Of a DNA stretch of 64,000 bases, positions 51,409 to 62,400 are shown piece by piece. The stretch lies in assembly GCA_965216565.1 (NCBI GenBank), contig OZ244170.1, forward strand, positions 4,448,001 to 4,512,000, in the 5' to 3' direction. The stretch is from Bythopirellula sp. Lineage in GTDB: Bacteria > Planctomycetota > Planctomycetia > Pirellulales > Lacipirellulaceae. The first letter of the stretch is position 1. Each line of letters begins with the position of its first letter. Below the pieces are notes generated by a model. That model saw only the letters and a program-made list of their open reading frames with translations. It was not told where the DNA came from and searched no databases. A program made the translations under genes and the position numbers.

Positions 51409-52866
51409 ATGGGCAAGCCAGAGACATTGACCTATGCCCAAGAATTAAACAGGCGGCACTTTCTGTCTCGTGCTGGGACGGCGATTGGGGCCACGGCTCT
51501 CAATTCGCTATTCTTTGGAGATCAACTTCACGCTGTTTCGAACGCTCCCCAGCCGAACTCAGTGGCAGGCTTAGCCGCCAAAGCTAAACGCGTTATCTAC
51601 TTGTTCCAGTCGGGAGCGCCGTCTCAATTCGAGTCATTCGACTATAAGCCGAAGCTCGCGGAGATCAGCGGCCAAGAGCTTCCCGACTCAATCCGTCAAG
51701 GACAACGGCTTACGACCATGACATCTGGTCAAGATTCGTTTCCCATCGCTCATTCGATCTTTAAGTTTGCCCAACATGGAAACAGTGGTGCTTGGATTAG
51801 CGAATTGTTCCCCCACACCGCCGGTGTGGCCGACGACCTTTGCTTTGTGAAGTCGCTCAAGACAGAAGCCATCAATCACGACCCAGCGATCACCTTCTGC
51901 CAAACCGGTTTTCAACTGGCTGGCCGGCCGAGTCTGGGGGCTTGGGTTGCCTATGGCCTGGGGGCTATGAACCAAGAGTTGCCGGCCTACATAGTTATGG
52001 TTTCTCGCGGTACAGGTCGTAAGGCGGGGCAGCCTCTCTACGATCGTCTGTGGGGTTCGGGGTTCTTGCCAGGCAAATACCAGGGAGTGAAGCTCCGCGC
52101 CGGCGACGATCCTGTGCTCTACCTGGTCGATCCAGCCGGTTGCACGACTCGACTGCGGCGTGACATGCTCGATGACCTAAATGCACTGAACCGCGAAAAA
52201 TACGAAAGCGCCAAGGATCAAGAGATTCTTACGCGGGTGTCGCAGTACGAAATGGCATTCCGCATGCAGACCTCCGTTCCGGATCTCACCGATATCTCGC
52301 AGGAGCCGAAGCATGTGTTGGATATGTACGGACCCGATGTTCACAAGCCAGGTACGTATGCGAGAAACTGTTTGCTAGCGCGGCGACTTGCTGAGCGTGA
52401 TGTTCGATTTATCCAGCTCTATCACATGGGCTGGGATCAGCACAACGATCTGCCCGACCATATGAGCAAGCAATGCAAAGATACCGATCAACCGTCCGCC
52501 GCACTGGTAGCCGACCTGAAACAACGGGGACTGCTGGACGATACTTTGATTATTTGGGGAGGTGAATTCGGCAGGACTGTTTACTGCCAAGGCGAACTGA
52601 CAGCTACGAATTACGGTCGTGATCATCATCCGCGTTGCTTCACGATGTGGCTCGCAGGGGGTGGAGTCAAAGGGGGAACCACTTACGGTGCCACGGACGA
52701 CTTCTCGTACAACATCGTCGAGAATCCCGCAGAAATCTACGATCTCAACGCCACGATTCTGCATCTCATGGGAATGAAGCACACCAAGCTAACCTACCGA
52801 TATCAAGGTCGCGACTATCGGCTCACCGACGTGCATGGCAAAGTTCTGAAAGACATCCTGGCTTAG
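51409..52866 (+). CDS. DUF1501 family protein (Tat-exported)
   Basis: NRRHFL, KAKRVIYLFQSGAPSQ, GWDQH, GGEFGRT and GRDHH. Confidence 0.92.
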   Translation: MGKPETLTYAQELNRRHFLSRAGTAIGATALNSLFFGDQLHAVSNAPQPNSVAGLAAKAKRVIYLFQSGAPSQFESFDYKPKLAEISGQELPDSIRQGQRLTTMTSGQDSFPIAHSIFKFAQHGNSGAWISELFPHTAGVADDLCFVKSLKTEAINHDPAITFCQTGFQLAGRPSLGAWVAYGLGAMNQELPAYIVMVSRGTGRKAGQPLYDRLWGSGFLPGKYQGVKLRAGDDPVLYLVDPAGCTTRLRRDMLDDLNALNREKYESAKDQEILTRVSQYEMAFRMQTSVPDLTDISQEPKHVLDMYGPDVHKPGTYARNCLLARRLAERDVRFIQLYHMGWDQHNDLPDHMSKQCKDTDQPSAALVADLKQRGLLDDTLIIWGGEFGRTVYCQGELTATNYGRDHHPRCFTMWLAGGGVKGGTTYGATDDFSYNIVENPAEIYDLNATILHLMGMKHTKLTYRYQGRDYRLTDVHGKVLKDILA

Positions 52867-53555
52867 TTGGCATTGCCCTGCTGAATTTTCTCTAGTCGCA
52901 TTGCTTCGTAACGATGCTTGTAGGCCTCTTCCAACTGGCCCGACTTTTTCAGGGCGACCGCCAGATTGTTGTGGGCCCGCGAATGCTCGGGCCGGAGGGT
53001 GATAACTTTCCGATATTGCACCATGGCGTCTTCGATTCTGTCGTTCGCGAACAGAGCATTCCCCAGATTGAACGAGGCTTCGATGTTCTCGGGATCAAGC
53101 GATAGGGCCCGCTGGAAGTGCTCAATGGCTAAATCGAACTTCTTCTGCATGGCAAATGCTGCGGCGAGATTGTTATGGTACCGAGCGTCAGAATCGTTCT
53201 CAGCGATGGCGGCCTGATAGGCTGCGATTGCATCGTCCAGACGGCCTCGCGATTGTAGACTGAGCCCCAGGTTGTATTGGGCCTGGTCGTTGTGTGGGTC
53301 GCGGGCCACGATATCGCGGAAGGCGTTTTCACTGCTATTGGCCAGACTTGCTGCTTCGTCGAGATCTCCCTCGTCCAGCCAGACTGCCTTGTAAAAAAAT
53401 GCCGTTCCAGCGAGCAGGAGCAAAGAAAGCAAAGCCCAACCTCGCCATCCTTGGGAAACAGTCCGATTCGCTGGTGCCGTTTTTTGATTGGAACGCTTCC
53501 CTCGGCTTGAGGGTTCGTTCGGTTTTTTGGCCTTAGACCGCTTGCGCCGCGACAT
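52863..53555 (-). CDS. Membrane-anchored TPR protein
   Basis: Basic N-terminus, one TM segment and TPRs (AQYNLG, YHNNLA, ASFNLG, AHNNLA). Start at MSRRKR. Confidence 0.85.
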   Translation of the reverse strand: MSRRKRSKAKKPNEPSSRGKRSNQKTAPANRTVSQGWRGWALLSLLLLAGTAFFYKAVWLDEGDLDEAASLANSSENAFRDIVARDPHNDQAQYNLGLSLQSRGRLDDAIAAYQAAIAENDSDARYHNNLAAAFAMQKKFDLAIEHFQRALSLDPENIEASFNLGNALFANDRIEDAMVQYRKVITLRPEHSRAHNNLAVALKKSGQLEEAYKHRYEAMRLEKIQQGNAN

Positions 53556-53586
53556 GGAAGGTCGATATTCGAGATGACATTGGGGC

Positions 53587-53624
53587 AAAAAAACAGCACG
53601 ACCAACTCTCGTTGATCGTGCTGT
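53587..53624 (-). terminator. Intrinsic terminator after the PEP-CTERM gene
   Basis: Minus strand ACAGCACGATCAAC-GAGA-GTTGGTCGTGCTGT followed by a T run. Confidence 0.75.
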
Positions 53625-53652
53625 AGAGTCTATCAGAAACAGGATTACCTAG

Positions 53653-54336
53653 TTAGGTGCACCTCTTCATGCTCATTCTGCGGCGTCGACTGACGAACGC
53701 ATAAGTACCCATGGCCAACAGAGCGATACTGGTTGGCTCTGGTACTTGGACTCCCCGGAAGCGGACTTCAGACAATCCAGCAGTTCCGTCATCGACCCCG
53801 CCTTGTACGGAGTTGATAGTGAGCCTGATTCGTCTCACATCATCAGCACCAGCACCAAGCGCGAAAACCTGTGCCGGTTCATTGAATCCACCAACGTTGG
53901 GATCCTGGGCAGGTGCCATGTTGATGGTGCCGATCGATACCAATGGCGATACAAGGTCTGAGGCTACAGAGATCTCGACTTCGTCAAGTTCGCGATCGGG
54001 CTCGGCAATGCCAAAGCCATTCAAACCGTTGTACTGCCAGAGAATGGCTTCACTTAGATCGTACCTAGCCTGGAGATCAAATTCGACCCATTCACCGATC
54101 GAAGTGCCTGTACCCAGGTTGAAACTTTGCCACATGTTGTTTTCATTGTTGTCGTGCAGTTGGTCTTCAACAAGTCCGACTCCCGAGAGTCCTGACCCAT
54201 TGACCAAGTTGTCGGCATCTGCGAACTCACTTGAGTTTGCTACCGGCAATGCAGGCGTCACGACATCCGCCTGTGCCTGTACGGTTGCCAGCGCCACGAT
54301 GAGCGTGCAACCTAAAACTAGTTTAATCCTGTCCAT
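53653..54336 (-). CDS. PEP-CTERM protein with discoidin/F5-8-like domain
   Basis: Signal peptide; WVEFDL..YDL..ILWQYN, VRRIRLTINS and GLSEVRF; VPEPTSIALL + RRRR tail. Confidence 0.85.
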   Translation of the reverse strand: MDRIKLVLGCTLIVALATVQAQADVVTPALPVANSSEFADADNLVNGSGLSGVGLVEDQLHDNNENNMWQSFNLGTGTSIGEWVEFDLQARYDLSEAILWQYNGLNGFGIAEPDRELDEVEISVASDLVSPLVSIGTINMAPAQDPNVGGFNEPAQVFALGAGADDVRRIRLTINSVQGGVDDGTAGLSEVRFRGVQVPEPTSIALLAMGTYAFVSRRRRMSMKRCT

Positions 54337-54604
54337 TAGCTACCTCCCGATATCAAGAAGAAAAGTAAATGCGAAATCTCTTCGGTCGCGAATTGCCTTG
54401 AAACAACCAGCGACCTGGAAAGCCGACGCGAAGACCCCGACTTGTTAGCCTTCAGAATAGTTGAGGGCCCGGTTTTAGTCAATTTTCTAAGGGTCTTAGG
54501 ACCCTCCGATTGGATCGGTCATTTGGGCTACTCTTGCCCCTTTTAGTAGGGTTTGGCTGGGCGTAACTCGTTTGGCTGCATGATTCAAAAGCAAATGAGC
54601 GGAT

Positions 54605-56521
54605 CTATCTGGACCGGCTTCTGCAGCTTCCAGCCAGCCCAGCCATTGCCAGCATCGACAACGCCAGGGAACTTGGCTCGGGAACTGAAGTGACAGTCGC
54701 AACCAATCCGAAGACCGATTGGTCACTGCCAGATTGTTCTTGCCAGATAAGTAGATCAAGTCCATTGGTCAGGCCATCGTTATTGGCATCGCCTTGCTCG
54801 TCCGTGCCATAGGCAAGTTCCCAAATGGCGAGGTCAAACCGATCTACCAATCCATCCGCATTGAAATCCGCCGCAAAACCATCAGGCGAAAGTTGAGGCA
54901 GAGTTGCCAGGTCCAACCGATACGCAACCTGATTGTATTCGTAGTTGGGCGTCGAGGGTGCCGAGCCGAAAAAGCCCGACGAGTAGGTGCCGTGGAAATG
55001 AACAAACTGGCCGTCGCCTTCATCAAAGAAAGGAAGCTGCGTTGGGTTGTAAAAGGAATAGGAGCCCCCCAAATCGCCGGTCGGGTCTCCGTGCGTCGCG
55101 ATCTTGATCGCATTTTTCCAAGGGCCTTCGGGAGTCGGTGCCTCGGCGTACCATACCTCGCCTAAGAAGCTTCCATTGCCTGCTGATTCGTTGCCAATCA
55201 TGATCCACTTCTGGCGATACTCATTCCAATTGACCGACGAGCGATGCAGTTTGACATCTTGGCCCGTTTCAAAATCGACTAAGCCGACCGGGGCCTCGGA
55301 ACGCGTGAGGTGGCCGTTGGTCACCATTTCCTCAAAGATCTCCGTGCCCAGGGGGTCGGTATTCTTTTTCCAGCCGTATATTGGGTTGCCGAAGCCGTCT
55401 AAGTCGAGTGGTGGGTTAGATGCGTCATAGCGAAAGTTTTCCTTCAAGGGAGTGAAGGCTTCCCACTGGGTGATGTCGTTGACTGCTGCCCAATCGTCAC
55501 GAACTCGGATATTTGGGTAGTTCTCGCCAAAGTAGATGTAGTCTTCCCCGCCGGTACTATGGCGGAAGGAATGGCCCGCCGGCACGATAGGTGGACCGGT
55601 GCCCCACTCTTGCTGTGGTGCTACCCCGTAGTCGTGGACTTTTGTAAAAGTTCCCGCGGAATGGTCGAACTGAGCCAACCCCTGTTCCAGAAGCACGAAC
55701 ACGGGAAAGAGCGACTGAACATTCACGAAGTGCGCCATGAGTTGCTCGGTGCCGTTGGGGTCTTCGACGGTAAAAACACCATCTACCCAAACGGGCTTAC
55801 CCGTCGACTGGTACTGAGGAAAAGCGGGCTTCGTTTGTCCCAGTCCATCTTCGTAGTAGGTGTAGTCGATGCCAGTACTTGGATTGAGCCCGCCACTAGT
55901 GGGCAATTCTGAGGTAGCTGCCGAAGTGAAGTAATTTCCGCCCAGCCCTCCGCCATTCTCGTACAACGAGTCGCCCCAGAACCAATGGATTTTTCCCCGC
56001 GAAACAACTGGCTGTACCGAATCTTGCCCAAGAACGTTGCCATTACTAATCGGTTCGTTGATTGGTACGTCCAGCCCAAGCTCAACGCTATCCTTGTAAA
56101 TATTGGGACCAGTGGCGCGATACAGTCTCTCGGCTCGATTATGACGGACAACAGAAATCTGACTCAGCGAGCCAGTGGTAGTCGATAACGTGTCGGACTT
56201 GCTCGCGTAGCCATAGCTGGCAAAGTCGAACTGCAGGTTCTGGTTGATCACACCTGCGTGATCGATCGCAATCATGCCCTGGCTGTCGGTGAAATAGGTC
56301 TGACCGCCGACCTTGGCTTGGACCATCGGTACGCCACGCCCGGAGACCGAGTCCACGATCTCCACGGTAAAATAGTTGGGATGCTGGGCTACTACAGAGT
56401 TAGCATTACCAACTAAATAGAGCACCCCAACAATTACGAGAGAGGCAGTCAATTGCTGAGGCAATAGCCGATTGGTGTCCACGACAAGATTGTCCCTCAC
56501 GAACCAGAAGACTTTCAACAC
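54605..56521 (-). CDS. PEP-CTERM protein with DUF4185-like propeller and dockerin-like Ca-binding motifs
   Basis: VLGQDS..IHWFWGDS, WNEYRQKWIMI, APTPEGPW and YSFYNP; ADFNADGLVD and GDANNDG; VPEPSSL. The start is uncertain. Confidence 0.75.
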   Translation of the reverse strand: MLKVFWFVRDNLVVDTNRLLPQQLTASLVIVGVLYLVGNANSVVAQHPNYFTVEIVDSVSGRGVPMVQAKVGGQTYFTDSQGMIAIDHAGVINQNLQFDFASYGYASKSDTLSTTTGSLSQISVVRHNRAERLYRATGPNIYKDSVELGLDVPINEPISNGNVLGQDSVQPVVSRGKIHWFWGDSLYENGGGLGGNYFTSAATSELPTSGGLNPSTGIDYTYYEDGLGQTKPAFPQYQSTGKPVWVDGVFTVEDPNGTEQLMAHFVNVQSLFPVFVLLEQGLAQFDHSAGTFTKVHDYGVAPQQEWGTGPPIVPAGHSFRHSTGGEDYIYFGENYPNIRVRDDWAAVNDITQWEAFTPLKENFRYDASNPPLDLDGFGNPIYGWKKNTDPLGTEIFEEMVTNGHLTRSEAPVGLVDFETGQDVKLHRSSVNWNEYRQKWIMIGNESAGNGSFLGEVWYAEAPTPEGPWKNAIKIATHGDPTGDLGGSYSFYNPTQLPFFDEGDGQFVHFHGTYSSGFFGSAPSTPNYEYNQVAYRLDLATLPQLSPDGFAADFNADGLVDRFDLAIWELAYGTDEQGDANNDGLTNGLDLLIWQEQSGSDQSVFGLVATVTSVPEPSSLALSMLAMAGLAGSCRSRSR

Positions 56522-56548
56522 AGTGACGGACGCTGTTGGAGAACCGCC

Positions 56549-56595
56549 AAAGAAATAACGCGGTACTCGCCTAGCAAACTAAACGAATACCGCGT
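56549..56595 (-). terminator. Intrinsic terminator after the TPR gene
   Basis: Minus strand ACGCGGTATTCGTTTAG-TTTG-CTAGGCGAGTACCGCGT then TATTTCTTT. Confidence 0.65.
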
Positions 56596-56640
56596 GCCGC
56601 CCCATTGCTTTCTCTAAGCTGTTCTCTAGGCGAATTGAGT

Positions 56641-57729
56641 TTACTGGTCTCCACGGGGAAAATTCATTTTCTTTTCCAATTGGGCAAACCGCGGATCATT
56701 CCGGATACTGTCGAACCAGGGTTCCACTTGCAGGAAGACCAACTCCCAAGAGTGCTGCTCGTAGGCCTTTTCAAGCATTTCGAAGCCTTCGTCGGTTTCG
56801 CCCAATCCAAAATGCACATAGGCAATTTGCACTGGCGGAACGTAGTGCTGCGCTTCCCATTGCTTGAGCTGTCTGAGGATCCCCTGCGCTTTGACTTTTT
56901 CACCGGCTAGTGCGTAAGCATGCCCCAGCCCAGCCACGATTTCTGCTAGTCCGCCGGATAGTGAGACGGCCTTTTCGTAGGTTTCCAAAGCCTTGGGGAA
57001 TTTTTTCTGCTGCACATAGGCCATGCCGAGCCAATCGTAGGCCGGGGCGAAATCGGAATCTTGTTTGATGGCTATGGGGAGCTCTTTAACCATCCGCTCC
57101 CAATCCCGACCAAAGTACAGCACAGCTCCCATGCCGGTAATCATGCCTGGCGAATCGTCTATCTGGATGGCCCGTTGCGAGTGCTGCAAGGCCTCTTCGT
57201 GTCTGCCCCGCGATGCCAAAAAGAGAGCGTACCAATGAAGCGATTCTGCCTTCTTGGGATCAATCTGAACTGCCTCGGCAAAATGCTTTTCTGCGGCTTC
57301 CCATTCCCACTGAATAAGCTTAGCAATGCCCATGGATGTTTGGGCCCCGGCATCTTTTGGATCGAGCTCAATCGCCTGATTAGCTTGCGAGGTGAGCTTA
57401 GAGAGAATCTCGTCGCGGGGAACGAATCCAAAGCACCACAGCATCGAGTAAGCTTCGACTAGCTTAGCCCGATGTTCTGCCGATCTGGGGACGGAAACGG
57501 TCGCATACTCATACCGCTGGACCATTTCCTCGACACCCTCGCGGAAGGATTCCCCGGGATACTCCACGACAGACATCGAAATTTGTGTGCCTGTATCTTC
57601 AGCGCACAGCTTCGCGTTGGGGCAGAGCACAAAAGTGCAGCAAGTGAGACAGATTAGACGAATAGGAAGCGAGAATTGAATGTGCCTGACAAGAACAGCG
57701 TTGGCTGTAGCGGGTAGCAGCATGTTCAA
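56641..57729 (-). CDS. TPR-repeat protein
   Basis: AIELDP, LHWYALFLASRGRHEEA, AYDWLGMAY and C-terminal EPWFDSIRNDPRF. Confidence 0.85.
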   Translation of the reverse strand: MNMLLPATANAVLVRHIQFSLPIRLICLTCCTFVLCPNAKLCAEDTGTQISMSVVEYPGESFREGVEEMVQRYEYATVSVPRSAEHRAKLVEAYSMLWCFGFVPRDEILSKLTSQANQAIELDPKDAGAQTSMGIAKLIQWEWEAAEKHFAEAVQIDPKKAESLHWYALFLASRGRHEEALQHSQRAIQIDDSPGMITGMGAVLYFGRDWERMVKELPIAIKQDSDFAPAYDWLGMAYVQQKKFPKALETYEKAVSLSGGLAEIVAGLGHAYALAGEKVKAQGILRQLKQWEAQHYVPPVQIAYVHFGLGETDEGFEMLEKAYEQHSWELVFLQVEPWFDSIRNDPRFAQLEKKMNFPRGDQ

Positions 57730-57820
57730 CCTGATTTACACTCCCTTCAAAATCTTGCGATCGCACACGATCGATGCGCATTCATCGTCCAACACATGTC
57801 TCGTATTAGTGCGGCAACTG

Positions 57821-58897
57821 CTATCTGTGCCTATGCTTTCGACGCCTACCTAGCAGCAGGCTACCCGCAAATGCACCGATTCCCAGGGCGATGGTACCCG
57901 GTTCGGGCACGCTGGCAATGTTGGCACCGAGCGATGTCTGCCCATATTCGCCTTCCCAGATAGCTAGATCATTGCTTGTGATCACATTGTTGTTGTCGAA
58001 GTCACCCTCACTCTTGGTGGCCGTTAGAGTCGAATTGAAGGTAGTATCAACTTCGCCGAGAGCCTGGATGATGCTTGTGGTAGGAACTTGAACTAGTCGG
58101 CTCACCTGCCAGGCTAGGAAGTCGAGGCCCGTAGTCATCCCGTCCGCATCCGCATCTGCAGCCAAGTCGAGATCGACAAGCGTGCCTTCAAAGCGGACTT
58201 CTGCAAGACCAACATATGGCTCGGGATTGTTCGGATCACTGCCGGGAGCATTCGGATCAAAATGGTTGGAATTGATGATCAGTCGCACGCGACGAATCCC
58301 TTTCACACTATTGGGATCAAACGAAACTACCTGAGCATTATTTAAATCTAGGCCAGTGTCGGCGTTCAGATTGAATGTGGTACCAACCGCGGTAAAGGTA
58401 TTGCCAGTGCGGTCGGGGCTGACCTGAATCTCATATTCATCGAGCCCGCGCGTGTCTGCGGATCCGTCCTCGTTGGCATTCCAGATATGCATGTCGGTGA
58501 GATCGTAGGAGCCATCGAATTCGAACTCTACAATTTGACCGTCTGGAGGATTGACGGCAAAGGGGTCGCTACAATTGCCGTTTGGATCTTCCAGCGAACC
58601 GCCATCAATCCCGCCGTCGAAGCAACCTGTAATCCACCCAGTGGGAGGTGCTCCACTAAATCCACCGTAGACGTCATGATCGTCGTCCAGGATGCCAGGG
58701 CCTCCTGCCGAGATTAGGCCAAAGCTTGTGAGCCCCACAGCGGGCCCTTGGTCGCCGTTCACTAAGTTTTCGAGGTTACTTCCAACGCCAAATTGGCTCG
58801 TGCCTCTCACATCAGAGGGCTTGATGACATCGGCGTGTACTGTGCCGACGGCAAGCAGGGCGACTAGCAGGCTGGCTGTTGTTAGTTTCATGATCAT
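57821..58897 (-). CDS. PEP-CTERM protein with discoidin/F5-8-like domain and dockerin-like motifs
   Basis: Signal peptide; IVEFEF..YDLTDMHIWN, IRRVRLIINS and GLAEVRF; DADADG and GDFDNNN; VPEPGTIAL + RRRK tail. Confidence 0.85.
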   Translation of the reverse strand: MIMKLTTASLLVALLAVGTVHADVIKPSDVRGTSQFGVGSNLENLVNGDQGPAVGLTSFGLISAGGPGILDDDHDVYGGFSGAPPTGWITGCFDGGIDGGSLEDPNGNCSDPFAVNPPDGQIVEFEFDGSYDLTDMHIWNANEDGSADTRGLDEYEIQVSPDRTGNTFTAVGTTFNLNADTGLDLNNAQVVSFDPNSVKGIRRVRLIINSNHFDPNAPGSDPNNPEPYVGLAEVRFEGTLVDLDLAADADADGMTTGLDFLAWQVSRLVQVPTTSIIQALGEVDTTFNSTLTATKSEGDFDNNNVITSNDLAIWEGEYGQTSLGANIASVPEPGTIALGIGAFAGSLLLGRRRKHRHR

Positions 58898-59017
58898 TCC
58901 TCAAAAAGAAAGCTGGAGTCGCGAATTGCCGCTGATGTCAATTTTCAATTGGTAAGTGACTCAACGGAAGCTGTTCCAAGCGGCAGTGAATTAAGCAGAG
59001 TTTTAGTTAGTGAGCTG

Positions 59018-59047
59018 CTCAGTCGGAATCAACTCAGTCGGAATCAA
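59018..59047. repeat. Perfect 15-bp tandem duplication
   Basis: CTCAGTCGGAATCAA twice, in the divergent intergenic region. Confidence 0.8.
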
Positions 59048-59455
59048 CGAAATAAGAGAAGAGTAATGCTTATTTGGGGGGCTCTTGGTAGACGCTCGCC
59101 TACCCGAATCCCTGGTCTCAGTATCGCACGTCATTGTGGGAGTTTCAACTAATATGAGCATCGATCGCGTGAAAACGGAGCAGAAATCTAGCCAATTTGC
59201 TATAGCTTTTCTGGCTTAGGCTGCAAACTCAATTTCGAGAGAACTCTGGATCTCTCCAGGCTTAGTTTGGGCTTCTACGCCTAAATAGTGATGGTGAAAG
59301 GACTCAATCGAACATGTTATCATTGAGGGGTCGAAAGGATCACCGAAAGCGAAAGTAACACCGAAAGCAACGACGATTATCATCTACCACGAATCGGCGA
59401 TCAGCCGAAGTCTAAGACATCGTAGTGCTCTCCAATTTGAACTGAACTGGCAGCC

Positions 59456-62400
59456 ATGGCGCGACGAGGAAAAAAGAAGAAGAAGAGAAAAGCTCCTCGG
59501 AACGTGACGCCGGAGGCGGTGACGTCCGAAACCACGCAAGTGCCTTCGGACCCTCCTGCGAATCGCGTCCCCTGGAGTGCGCTAGGATTGATAGCAGTAG
59601 CCTTGGGCATTGGGCTCGCGATCTACTACCGGGCAGAGCCCCAGAATTCTCAAGACGAAAACAGAGCCGAGAATACGCAGAAGCCGTTCGTGGTGGAAGC
59701 AGATTTGAAGCCAGAGGATCTCGACTCCAAGCTCAATAACGCTACGGAGGTAAGCCTGCAACAGCAAGCAGACAGGCACCTCGACCCCAGCCTCGATGGT
59801 TGGGATACCGAAGTGATTGCCGAGCAGGCTAAGGTTCAACTCAAGCACCTCACGAAGAGATTGTCCGGCGCCGATTTGCCACGTTCCACCTGGGACGAAA
59901 TATCACCGCAGGTAGTCAGCGGGGCCCTTCGTCCCCAGTCGTTGAAAGAAGTGTTCCAAAATGGTGACTCCGGGAGCGCTATCAGGGTTAGGCGTCCGAC
60001 AGGGAACGAACCGCAGCCAGAGGTTCAAGGGCACTCAGAACTGCTCCGTGTTCTGGATGAATTGGCCGAGCCCTTTGGCTCCCAGGACGATATTCACACC
60101 AAGATAAAGGTGATACGGGTAACTGCCACGGCTGACACGGCAGAAACGACAGCGTACTACGAAGCTGATTGCCCTGTGGGGAACGGAAAGCTGCAACAGA
60201 GGGCCACTTGGCATTGCCAGTGGAAACAGACGCCGAGCGGATCTCTGCTATTGACCTCTATCAGAGCTGAGGATTTCGAAGAAGTGCTTACTGAAAGTCC
60301 CTGGTTCGTGGATTGCACGACCGCTGCACTCGGTAAGAACAAATCATTCCACGAGCAGCTCGTCTACGGGCTCAATCATTGGCTTCCTCGGCTGGGACGG
60401 GTGAAAGGTATGTTCGTTTACACTCGCAACGGGTTGAGTGTGGGAGACGTCAATGGCGATGGATTAGACGACTTGTACGTCTGTCAGCCAGGCGGACTTC
60501 CCAATCGGCTCTACATCCAGCAGCCCGATGGTACTTTGGTCGATCGCTCCCGTGAGGCGGGAGTCGACTGGCTAGACAAGACGACAAGCAGTTTGCTAAT
60601 CGACCTGGACAACGATGGCGATCAAGATCTTGCGGCGGCGACTATTTCTGGTTTGCTGATCATGGAGAACGATGGATCTGGCAAATTCAAATTGAAGAAC
60701 ACATTGGCTAGTAACGACATCGATACGCAATCAGTCTCCGCGGCCGATTACGATAACGATGGCGATCTCGACCTGTTTCTTTGCATCGAATTTGCCAGGA
60801 AGTCGACTCTAGGCCGTCAGTCGGATGTGAGGTTCGTCTATCACAATGCGAATGACGGAGCGGCGAATATCTTGTATCGCAACGATATTGCGAATAAGTC
60901 TTGGAAGTTCACCAACGTGACGAAGCAGACTGGGTTGGACGAGAACAATCGTCGTCATAGTCTGGCTTGTGCCTGGGAGGACTTCGACAACGACGGCGAC
61001 CAGGACCTCTATGTGGCGAACGACTACGGCCACAATTGCCTTTATCGAAACACCGACGGAAAGTTCGAGGACATTGCCGACGAGGTCAACGCACTCGACA
61101 CGGCCTCGGGAATGTCTGCCAGTTGGGGAGATTTCGACCACGATGGCTGGATGGACTTATACGTTGCCAACATGTTCTCCTCGGCAGGAAATCGGATCAC
61201 TCGGCAGGAGCAATTCAACTCGGGCAAGGATTCGCTGCAGGGAGTCTACTCGCGTTTTGCCAAGGGCAACACGCTGCTTCGCAATGTCAATGCCGAGCAG
61301 TTCAGCGACGTGGGGGCTGCCGCAAATGTTGAGATGGGACGCTGGGCTTGGAGCAGTGTGTTCTCCGATCTGAACAACGATTCCTGGGACGACTTGCTTG
61401 TTGCTAATGGATACATCTCGACCGAAGACTCGGGTGATTTGTGAAGTTTCTTCTGGCGGCAGGTCGTGTCGCAGGGTGGGAGTCCTACTAGCAGTGCTTC
61501 TGGCAACAGCGCTTCTGACGATCACGGTGCGCCGATGGGAGCCACGTTGCACACGTTAGTTCGTCAGGGTCGCGCCTTTAGCGGTAATGAGAAGAATTGT
61601 AGTTTTCTGAATTTGGGAGACGGAAACTTTGCCGACATCTCGGCTGTCTGCGGCTTTGATTTCCCCGACGACGGACGGGCGATCGCCCAGTGCGACTGGG
61701 ATGCTGACGGCGATGTCGATCTTTGGGTGGCAAACCGAAATGGACCTCAGGTGCGTTTCTTGAGAAACGACCTACAGTCTGGCAATCACTTCTTGTCCCT
61801 GCGTTTGGAAGGCAAAGACTGCAATCGCGATGCGATCGGAGCGCGTGTCGAGGTTGTTCTACAAGACGAATCAAACAGTCGGTTGATTAAGACTCTCAGG
61901 GCAGGAGAAGGTTTCTTGGCCCAATCGAGTAAGTGGGTTCATTTTGGGTTGGGATCGTCCGGCACGGAGGTTGATGTCAGTGTGACTTGGCCGGGCGGGG
62001 AGAAGGAGTCTTTCGGCTTGGTGGCGGCAGACGGTCGCTACTTGCTCGTCCAACACGCAGGACAAGCTCAGCCTGTATCGTCCCCAGCGCAAGGACAGGA
62101 TTTAAAACCTGAAACACTAAGAAAGCGCAAGACGGAGTCTGTGGCGCGAATACACTCCGCGGCAAAGATGCCTATGCCCGCTGTCAAATACGAAACGTTT
62201 GAGGGGCAGAAACGTCTTCTTGACTTTCACAACAGTGGGAAGCCAATTTTAATCAATCTCTGGGCGAGTTGGTGTCGAGCGTGTTTGGTCGAGTTGAAAG
62301 AGTTTGCTGAGCACTCGCAAGAGATAGAGGACTCGGGCCTGGAGATGTGGGCGCTATCGGTCGACAGACTTGATCTTGAAAAAGGCGACGAGTCTAACGT

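Noticed and set aside
51400..51411. The DUF1553 gene ends in TGA in frame with the downstream DUF1501 gene (possible second read-through)
   Set aside because: The paralogue ends at the same TKE with TAA and out of frame. DUF1501 has its own AAGGAG ribosome-binding site and Tat signal, and I saw no convincing SECIS-like hairpin.
61445..61465. Pseudogene call for the FG-GAP gene
   Set aside because: There is only a single TGA, both halves are otherwise intact, and a SECIS-like hairpin follows. Recoding is the better working hypothesis, though a nonsense mutation is not excluded.
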